Source: Minisyncoccota bacterium (GTDB lineage Bacteria > Patescibacteriota > Minisyncoccia > UBA6257 > 2-01-FULL-56-20). Taken from it: DNA of 64,000 bases. The stretch covers positions 69,774-133,773 of the forward strand of contig DATJLR010000002.1 of the NCBI GenBank assembly GCA_035509435.1, in the 5' to 3' direction. The notes under the pieces were generated by a model. That model worked only from the letters and a program-made list of their open reading frames with translations, was not told the DNA's origin and did no database searches. This document shows positions 57,184 through 64,000 of this stretch, piece by piece (position 1 is the stretch's first letter; the number at the start of each line of letters is the position of its first letter). A program made the translations under genes and the position numbers.

Positions 57184-59913
57184 TTACTGACAGCTGTCGC
57201 AGAGGAACTGTTCCTGCGGATCGCTCGGGGGCATGATGCGCGGCGCGTTTGAGGCGACGGCGGATGCGGGAGCAGGCCGTTCGGCTTGTGTTTGTGGTTT
57301 TGGCTGGGCTTGTATGAGCGGTTGCTGCGGCGCAGGTTTTGCTTCGGCGAAGGGCCGGGCCGGAGCCTTGGCGAGCGTCGCCTCGATAGGTGCCGCCGCA
57401 CTCGCCTCTGCCGTGGTAGCCACGACTGGGCCGCCGATGAACGACGCTACGGTTTCCGCGACGGCGAACGGCTTTGTGGCGGGCTGCGCCGCTGTCGCTT
57501 GGCCTGTTTCTGCTGCAGGCGCACTGGCCGCTGCCTGCATCACCGCGGCGAACCCGCGCTTGCCCATCTGCTCCGCCTTGTTGACATGGACCGTTGACTG
57601 CTCCGCCGTGTGGCGCGGCTTCATGTGGAGGTAGTAGGTGGACTTTAATCCTTTCTTCCACGCGGTCGCGTAGATGTCCATCATGTCGCCGATGTCGCGC
57701 GTCTCAAGATACATGTTGCGCGAGAGCGACTGGTCCATCCACTTTTGCGCCCGCGCCGCGACCTCGATGAACGCGTACGGCGACGTGCTGAACGATGTCT
57801 TGTAGATCTCGCGGATGTGCGCGGGGATCTCATCAATGTTCGCGATGTCGCCCTGCTCGGCGATGATGCGTTCTTTCATCTTTTCCCACAGGCTCATGTT
57901 CTTGAGGTCGTTCACCAGGTTATGGTTGATGTCGAGATACTTTCCGGAGATCTTGTTGCGCGAGAAGACCTGCGCGAAACGGGGATCGATGCCGGGCGTC
58001 GTGCCGGCGACGAGCCCGATGTTCGCGTTCGGCGCGGTGGCCATGAGCGTCGCGTTGCGCATTCCTTTTTTCACCTTTTCGCGGAGCGCGTCCCAGTTCA
58101 ATCCGCGGTAATGCTTTTCCTTGTTGACGGTGAGCTCCGTGCCGCGGCCCTCTTCGAGCGTCGCGAGCGTGTCCATCGGCACCATGCCCTTGGACCAGCC
58201 CGAGCCATTGAAGTTCTTGTAGGCTCCGCGCTCGGCGGCGAGGTTCGCGCTCTCATCGATCGCGACGTAGCTCACGAACTCGAAGATCTTGTCGGCGAAG
58301 TTCCACGCGTGTTCGCTCTCATATGAAAGGCCGATCTGTTCGAGCATGTCGGAGAGTCCCATCACGCCGAGCCCGATCGCGCGGTTCTCCTGGTCGGAGC
58401 GCGTCGCCTCGGGAACCGGGAGCACATTGATGTCTATGAGGTTATCGAGCTGATGGACGGCAAAGCGCACGCTCTCCTCGAGGTTTTCCCAATCGATGGC
58501 CTTGTTGTGGACGTGGGTGGCGAGATTGAGCGATGCAAGGTTGCAGACCGCGATGTTGTCCTTGTCCTGCGGGAGGCAGATCTCCGTGCAGAGATTCGAC
58601 ATGTGGATCGTGCCGGTGTTGTTGTTGAGGGCCCGAAGGTTGGTGGAATCCTTCCAGGTAAGCCACGGGTGGCCGGTGGATTGGAGGGACGAGAGCATTT
58701 GGCGGTACTGTTCCTCTGCGGGCACCTTCTTGAACACCCGCAGCTCGCCTTTTTCGGCCATTTCTATGTATTCCGCGTAGCGCTTGCTGAATTCTTTGCC
58801 GTAAAGCTCCACGAGGTCGGGCGTCTCCTTCGGGTCGAACATGTACCACAATTCATGGTTCTCTACGCGGCGCATGAACTCGTCCGAGATCCATGCTGCG
58901 GTGTCCGCGGTGCGCATGCGGAGGTAGTCATCGCCCGCGTTGTGTTTCCAGTCCAGATATTCCGGGAAGTCGATGTGCCAGTTCTCCATGTAGAAGCAGA
59001 GCGCCCCTTTTTTCTTTCCGCCGCGCTGGATCGCGCGGATGGAGGTGTCGACGATCTTCGCGAACGGCGTCGGCCCCGACGACGGGGTGTTGTTGGAAGA
59101 GAGCGGCGAGCCGGTCGCGCGCAGCTTCGTCACCGAGAGCCCGAGGCCGCCCGTCGCTTTGGAGATCCGGATGACGTCCGCGACGGTCTTTGCGATGTGC
59201 TCGATGTCGTCTTCCATCTGGATGAGAAAGCAGTTGGAGAGCGAGGGGCGGGTGGTGCCGGCGCCGACGTTCGTGGAACCGCCCGCGATGTAGTTCATCT
59301 GCGACATCTTCTTGTAGAAACGCTTTGCCCAGAGCGTCGGATCTTTTTCATTGAACGAAAGTCCCATCGCGACGCGCATGAAGAAATATTGCGGCGTCTC
59401 CGCGGGCTCGTTCTCTTTGTCTTTGATGGAATAGCGATGGAGCATCGTGTCGAGGCCGCTGTAGACGAAGAGTTCGTCGCGCGAGATGTCGAGCGCGTTC
59501 GCCAATTCCTTGAGGTCGAACTTTTCCACCATGCGCGGATCGAGCAATTTATCGTCGACACCCTTTTTTATCCATGCCGAGAACCCGTCGCGATGCTTCT
59601 TGCGGAGAATTTCCGGATTGTCCTCGTAATCGCCGACCACTTTGCGGTAGATCGTCTTCAAAAGGAGGCGGACGGCCACTTTATCGTACTCGATATCCTC
59701 TTTGATGTTCTGTACGGCGGCATTGATCGTCGCCTGGTCCATCTCTTCGGTGGTGATGCCGTCATAGAGGGTGAGCCGCGTCTCGGTGGCGATCTGCGTG
59801 ACCATGCTGATGGGGTCCTGCAGGCCCGCGCACGCACGCTCGATGGAGCGGTTGATCTTATCCGCGTTGAATGGCTCCCTGGTTCCGTCTCTTTTTGTGA
59901 TCGTAAGCTCCAT
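57184..59913 (-). CDS. nrdA: Ribonucleotide reductase class Ia alpha subunit with extended low-complexity C-terminal linker
   Basis: N-terminal ATP cone (MELTITKRDGTREPFNADKINRSIERA), catalytic core (NLCTEI..., PNANI), C-terminal CDSCQ redox pair preceded by a ~120-aa Ala/Pro-rich linker. 909 aa. Confidence 0.95.
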   Translation of the reverse strand: MELTITKRDGTREPFNADKINRSIERACAGLQDPISMVTQIATETRLTLYDGITTEEMDQATINAAVQNIKEDIEYDKVAVRLLLKTIYRKVVGDYEDNPEILRKKHRDGFSAWIKKGVDDKLLDPRMVEKFDLKELANALDISRDELFVYSGLDTMLHRYSIKDKENEPAETPQYFFMRVAMGLSFNEKDPTLWAKRFYKKMSQMNYIAGGSTNVGAGTTRPSLSNCFLIQMEDDIEHIAKTVADVIRISKATGGLGLSVTKLRATGSPLSSNNTPSSGPTPFAKIVDTSIRAIQRGGKKKGALCFYMENWHIDFPEYLDWKHNAGDDYLRMRTADTAAWISDEFMRRVENHELWYMFDPKETPDLVELYGKEFSKRYAEYIEMAEKGELRVFKKVPAEEQYRQMLSSLQSTGHPWLTWKDSTNLRALNNNTGTIHMSNLCTEICLPQDKDNIAVCNLASLNLATHVHNKAIDWENLEESVRFAVHQLDNLIDINVLPVPEATRSDQENRAIGLGVMGLSDMLEQIGLSYESEHAWNFADKIFEFVSYVAIDESANLAAERGAYKNFNGSGWSKGMVPMDTLATLEEGRGTELTVNKEKHYRGLNWDALREKVKKGMRNATLMATAPNANIGLVAGTTPGIDPRFAQVFSRNKISGKYLDINHNLVNDLKNMSLWEKMKERIIAEQGDIANIDEIPAHIREIYKTSFSTSPYAFIEVAARAQKWMDQSLSRNMYLETRDIGDMMDIYATAWKKGLKSTYYLHMKPRHTAEQSTVHVNKAEQMGKRGFAAVMQAAASAPAAETGQATAAQPATKPFAVAETVASFIGGPVVATTAEASAAAPIEATLAKAPARPFAEAKPAPQQPLIQAQPKPQTQAERPAPASAVASNAPRIMPPSDPQEQFLCDSCQ

Positions 59914-60413
59914 GATTCGTTAAAAATTATTTTTTATCCCTCCGCCCCGCGTCCGCACTCCGATCGGAATGCTTTTTTCGCGGTATCGTCTTCGTATGAA
60001 ATGGCAGAGGGGAGAGGTCATGGGAAAAAGTTGAGCGTAAAACTATTTTAGCACCGGCTTCCGGAAACCAGCGCCGGCCTGTGGATAACGGAGGCCGGAA
60101 ATTGGACAAGGTTTTCCAAAGATGTCCTTGCTCCCGCCGCGCGGGGCCTCTTTGGGCTCCAAGCGGATTAATAGTATAGCACTTTTTTCATGCAAGTTTA
60201 ATGAAGGCGAAATTTTCGGGCAAAAAAAGCCCTTTATTTTGGAGGCCGGCCCTGAGCTAGTCGTCCCATAGGCCGGACCTCCATATAGTGCTACACCCGC
60301 GGGCCGGTTTTCTTGCCTTTCATGAAGACGGGGGCTTGACGGGTTTCGGGAAGGGCCCGTTGGTACCGCATTTTTAAGATCCTTTTAATCGGCTGTGTGG
60401 TACTGTCCGTTGC

Positions 60414-61955
60414 ATGAGCAAAAAACAAATCATATCCGTTGGGATTTTTGGCATTATCACGACGCTTGGCGCGGGCATCGCATATTATTGGGACCCCGGA
60501 GCGATCAACGGCGCGTTGGGGATCGACAGCGCCCAGATCGGCGCCGGTTTGGATGCGGATGTGACGATGATCGATGCGTCATCGGCGCCGGCATCGGACC
60601 TTCCTTCGGAAAATATCGCCATTCCGGCGCCGTCACCTCAAAAAAAGACGCCGCTGACGGCGGCCAGCGTACTTGTGCCGCCAGTGGCAACGGTTTCGGA
60701 TGCGGAAAATGGCGGTGATGGCGACATAGGCGCGGAGATCCCCGCGTCGTCGCCGCAGGATGACGCCCCTTCTCCATCGGCGCCGTGCGCATTTCCCTCT
60801 GCCGCTCCGTCCACGACCCAGAAAATAATTTTGAACGAGGTCGCATGGATGGGTTCATCATCGTCATCGGTCGCGGAGTGGATGGAATTGAAAAATGATT
60901 CTTCGGGCACCGCGAACCTTGCCGAATGGGAACTGTCCGACACGTCCGGGAAAATAAAAATTTCTTTTTCGGGCGGCGATGTGATCGCGCCCGGAGGGTT
61001 CTTGGTGCTCGCGCGCGCAGGCGCGGTGCCGGCCGCCGGGAACGCGCCCGAAAAAATATATTCCGGCGATCTTGCGAATGGCGGCGATGTGATCGCGATC
61101 ATTGATCCGCAGTGCGCCGTCTCGGATTATCTCGACGCATCTCACGGATGGCCGGCGGGGGACAACATGACGAAGGCAACGATGGAGCGCGATGATGATA
61201 ATGCGGGATGGCACACGAGCGCCGTTCCCGGCGGCACGCCGGGCGCGAAAAATTCCACGGCCGCCCCGCAATCGTCCGCGCCGCAGAAGAGCATCGCTGC
61301 CGCAACGACGACCGTTGCGATCCAGCCGCCTCCGGCCGCGTCACCATCTTCGGCCGCTCCGGCCATCGACGGGAGCAATGATGATCCTGTGGCAGATGAC
61401 AATGCGACGACAACTGCCACGACCACTGATGCGAGCGATGCGGGTTCCGCTGGCACTCCGGTCGGAGCGCCCCCTCCGGCCGCCACTTCCTCCGGCCATG
61501 TCCTTATCGCGGCAGTGCAGATCGCCGGGGCATCGTCCAGCAATGACCTCGTGCGGCTTTATAACCCTACCGGCAGCGCCGTGGACATGAGCGGCTGGAA
61601 ACTCCATAAAAAGTCGCAAACAGGCGCCGATTATTCGCTCAAGGCGTTCCCGACAGGGAGCGCGATCCCTGTCGGCGGATCGTTCGTATGGGCCAATTCC
61701 GAAGGGGGATTTTCGGAAACGGTCGGCGCGGACGTTTCGAGCACGGAGACGCTCTCGGCGGACAATAGCGTGGCGCTCCTGGATGCCTCGGGGAACGTGA
61801 TCGATGTGGTCGCATGGGGCAACGGCACAAACCAGTATGGCGAAGGGCCGCCGTACCCCACGGATCCGGGCGCGGGCCAGATGCTCGCGCGCAGTGTGTC
61901 CGGCGGCGTGATGGCGGATACGGGCAACAATATGGACGATTTCGTTCTGCAATAA
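60414..61955 (+). CDS. Membrane-anchored protein with two lamin-tail domains (LTD)
   Basis: TM anchor; LTD1 ILNEVAWMGSSSSSVAEWMELKNDSSGTANLAEWELSD...; LTD2 VLIAAVQIAGASSSNDLVRLYNPTGSAVDMSGWKLHKK... Ala/Pro/Ser linkers. 513 aa. Confidence 0.65.
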   Translation: MSKKQIISVGIFGIITTLGAGIAYYWDPGAINGALGIDSAQIGAGLDADVTMIDASSAPASDLPSENIAIPAPSPQKKTPLTAASVLVPPVATVSDAENGGDGDIGAEIPASSPQDDAPSPSAPCAFPSAAPSTTQKIILNEVAWMGSSSSSVAEWMELKNDSSGTANLAEWELSDTSGKIKISFSGGDVIAPGGFLVLARAGAVPAAGNAPEKIYSGDLANGGDVIAIIDPQCAVSDYLDASHGWPAGDNMTKATMERDDDNAGWHTSAVPGGTPGAKNSTAAPQSSAPQKSIAAATTTVAIQPPPAASPSSAAPAIDGSNDDPVADDNATTTATTTDASDAGSAGTPVGAPPPAATSSGHVLIAAVQIAGASSSNDLVRLYNPTGSAVDMSGWKLHKKSQTGADYSLKAFPTGSAIPVGGSFVWANSEGGFSETVGADVSSTETLSADNSVALLDASGNVIDVVAWGNGTNQYGEGPPYPTDPGAGQMLARSVSGGVMADTGNNMDDFVLQ

Positions 61956-61972
61956 AAATATAAAACACAACA

Positions 61973-62590
61973 ATGAAGAAACGAGCCAAAGGGATTCTTT
62001 TCGCGTGGATGGTCATCGCCGCCGTCGCCGCGGGCACGGCGTTCTTTATCGCGCGCCGCATCGAGCCCGGGATGGGAGCGGCCGCGGCGCCCGGCGCGCA
62101 GCCGAACGCGGACGTGGCGCAGGATGTTTCCGATGACAGTGATGCAAATTCCCCGGTGTCCGTCCCGATGCAGCAGTTCTCGAACGACGGATATGCGTTG
62201 AGCATTCCGGCGAGCTGGAGCGTCGAACGCACAGCGACGGATACGATCGCGGTACATCCGGATGCGGCGTCGCCCGATGCCGTGTGCAAGATCGAAGTAT
62301 CGGCATTCCCGTTCGTCGCCGGGGTCGATGTGCCTGATTGGATCGCGCATCGCATCGGCGCCGATCCGAGCGTCGCCGTCGTCGAGCGGTCGAGCGAGGA
62401 GGTGGCGCTTGCGAGCGGCACCGCGATCGAATGGAGCGGGACGATGGACGGCATTCCGACGACGCTCGCTTATGCGTTCAATGCGGCGCACGCGTACGAG
62501 ATCGTTCCGTCCGTGATCGGCGAGAGCGCCGCGGGCGATGTGCAATGCGGCGGCATCCTGCAAACGTTCCTTTCCGGGCTTTCTCTCTGA
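61973..62590 (+). CDS. Membrane-anchored hypothetical protein
   Basis: N-terminal TM anchor MKKRAKGILFAWMVIAAVAAGTAFFIA, 205 aa, no recognisable motif. Confidence 0.4.
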   Translation: MKKRAKGILFAWMVIAAVAAGTAFFIARRIEPGMGAAAAPGAQPNADVAQDVSDDSDANSPVSVPMQQFSNDGYALSIPASWSVERTATDTIAVHPDAASPDAVCKIEVSAFPFVAGVDVPDWIAHRIGADPSVAVVERSSEEVALASGTAIEWSGTMDGIPTTLAYAFNAAHAYEIVPSVIGESAAGDVQCGGILQTFLSGLSL

Positions 62591-62608
62591 AAATGATCAT
62601 CCTTATCC

Positions 62609-64000
62609 ATGAAGAAAAAACATTTTAGGACCATGATCGTTCTCTCCGTCGCCGGTGCAGCATGCGCGGCGCTCGCGTTGCCTGCGCGTTCGTCCGCCGC
62701 GGCGCTGTCCGTAAAGCTGCCATACGCGAAAGGAGAGAGCTTCGTGGTGACGCAAGGCTATAACTCCCCGCCGACGCACATCAAAAAGGACGCCTACGCG
62801 ATCGATCTTACGCAGAACGGATGCGCGGCGTATGGGCTGTCGGCGGTCGCGGCCGCCTCAGGCACGGCGATGTTCGTAAGCCAGGAGGGATATAACGGCG
62901 GCTATGGCACCGAGATCATTGTGAGCCATGGCGGCGCCATTGTGAGCCGTTATGCGCACCTGATCCCGGATAGCATCACGGTGGCGACGGGTACTCCCAT
63001 CCGGCAAGGACAGATGATCGGCCGCATCGGCGACACGGGCCTCGTGGCGGGCGCTGCGTGCGCCGCGCATCCCGGGACGCACATCCATTTCGCGATGGAT
63101 ACGGTGAACGCCGACGGCACATTCTCCGCGTATGATCCGGAACCGATATCAGGCTATACGGACATCACAGAGGGGAAGTGGTATCTTTCCGATAATGGTG
63201 ACGACGAAGCGGGCGCTGCAACAACGGTATTGCTACCGCCATCATCCACGCCGCCGTCGGCGCTCGCAATGACGACCAGCACTGTTGTTGCCACCACCAC
63301 CGCCATCGCGGCACCTGTGAACGGCGCCATTGTTCCAAATTCCGGTTTTACGACCGTGAGCCCGGGCATTTCCGTCGCCCAAGTGCCGTCAACAACACTC
63401 GAGATGACAATCACCGTTACCACTACTACGGCAGCGACGTCCTCCGATGAAAATGATGCCGTCGCCACCAGCACGCCGACGGACGATGCCACGAGTACGG
63501 TAAGCGGCGACGCAACCGGTACCCAGGAAACAACGCCTTCGTCGACTATTCTTGCCGCTTCCTCCAGCGATATTCTTTTCGAGCAGCTGGGCGACGACGT
63601 CCAATCCACCCAGAGCTATTACAGTGACAATTGGTTCGAGCTCGGCAACGGATATTCGGGAACGCTCACGGCGATCACCCTTGAGGGTGCGGAGAACAGT
63701 CCGGACTATCTCGCGGGGCAGATCACCCTGCAGGAATTCAAGGACAAAAATTACTCGGCGGAAGTAGAGGAATTCCCGATCTCCGAAAATGCGCCATTCA
63801 CGTTTACGATGGCAACAGCAACCTTCAACGGACTTTCCATTTTGCTCAAGCCGTATTTCTATTACCGCATTTCCACCCTGCAGGACCGGTCGCTCATCAG
63901 CATGATCCTTGCCGGCACCGCGACGACCACGACGGGCACGGAGATGTGGGCCAACCGCATGGCATATGTGGGGCGAGAGGAATTCACCGCGCCATTCTTC
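62609..64000 (+). CDS. 3'-truncated M23-family metallopeptidase with Thr-rich linker and C-terminal domain
   Basis: Not in the ORF track because no stop lies inside the window. ATG at 62609 (MKKKHFRTMIVLSVAGAACAALALPA signal). M23 motifs DAYAIDL, HGGAIVSRYAHL, GDTG, GTHIHF. The frame is open to position 64000. Confidence 0.75.
   Translation, partial: MKKKHFRTMIVLSVAGAACAALALPARSSAAALSVKLPYAKGESFVVTQGYNSPPTHIKKDAYAIDLTQNGCAAYGLSAVAAASGTAMFVSQEGYNGGYGTEIIVSHGGAIVSRYAHLIPDSITVATGTPIRQGQMIGRIGDTGLVAGAACAAHPGTHIHFAMDTVNADGTFSAYDPEPISGYTDITEGKWYLSDNGDDEAGAATTVLLPPSSTPPSALAMTTSTVVATTTAIAAPVNGAIVPNSGFTTVSPGISVAQVPSTTLEMTITVTTTTAATSSDENDAVATSTPTDDATSTVSGDATGTQETTPSSTILAASSSDILFEQLGDDVQSTQSYYSDNWFELGNGYSGTLTAITLEGAENSPDYLAGQITLQEFKDKNYSAEVEEFPISENAPFTFTMATATFNGLSILLKPYFYYRISTLQDRSLISMILAGTATTTTGTEMWANRMAYVGREEFTAPFF

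Noticed and set aside
59927-60109. 60-aa minus ORF in the nrdA leader
   Set aside because: Short and basic, lying within a repeat-rich regulatory region. No support as a gene.
61341-62563. Two long minus-strand ORFs (61341..61973 and 61631..62563) overlapping the LTD gene and the following hypothetical gene
   Set aside because: Arg/Gly-rich antisense frames. The plus-strand genes have signal anchors and domain structure.
1-64000. Searched for CRISPR arrays, integrase/transposase genes, rRNA genes and additional tRNAs
   Set aside because: No regularly spaced direct repeats and no recombinase/transposase-like ORFs were found; the island lacks an obvious mobility gene. The only RNA gene supported is the intron-containing tRNA.

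Overview
This 64-kb window is GC-rich (roughly 60%, estimated by eye), densely packed bacterial DNA with short or overlapping gene junctions. Gene content and architecture suggest a streamlined, possibly Patescibacteria/CPR-like genome; that assignment is inference only.

Layout from 5' to 3':
- 1-11.3 kb: a type IV pilus-like locus with a PilC platform protein, three canonical prepilins (one fused to an FGE/SUMF1-like domain), several secreted Gly/Thr-rich proteins and a PilM-PilN fusion.
- 11.3-20 kb: housekeeping genes pth, lepB, hisS, rpsU, yqeY, ybeY, ftsA, ftsZ, rmuC and an RRM RNA-binding protein.
- 20-22 kb: an HhH-GPD glycosylase and a secreted GH18 hydrolase.
- 22-27.4 kb: a minus-strand signalling cluster with an OmpR-type response regulator, a histidine kinase, an unusual terpene-cyclase/isoprenoid-synthase-like fusion protein and a GGDEF cyclase.
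- 27.7-32.7 kb: a complete cytochrome bo3-type quinol oxidase operon, cyoABCDE.
- 32.7-44.8 kb: surface and cell-wall proteins, pyrE, pyrF, a degenerate pyrC-like gene, and a SET-domain / ICMT methyltransferase pair.
- 44.8-49.1 kb: a sharply lower-GC island carrying a Zn-ribbon protein, a PD-(D/E)xK nuclease-like gene convergent with an approximately 400-aa partner (reminiscent of the sce7726/sce7725 pair), and a HigB toxin with a HigA-ImmA/IrrE fusion.
- 49.1-54.8 kb: a type I restriction-modification operon, hsdR-hsdS-hsdM.
- 55.0-55.3 kb: a tRNA gene interrupted by a group I intron of about 210 nt.
- 56-64 kb: class Ia ribonucleotide reductase nrdAB, a protein with two lamin-tail domains, and a 3'-truncated M23 peptidase.

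The best candidate for an undescribed system is the low-GC cassette at 45.0-49.0 kb, adjacent to the type I R-M operon and the intron-containing tRNA. Many antisense or overlapping ORFs in the six-frame track are GC-driven artefacts and were not called.
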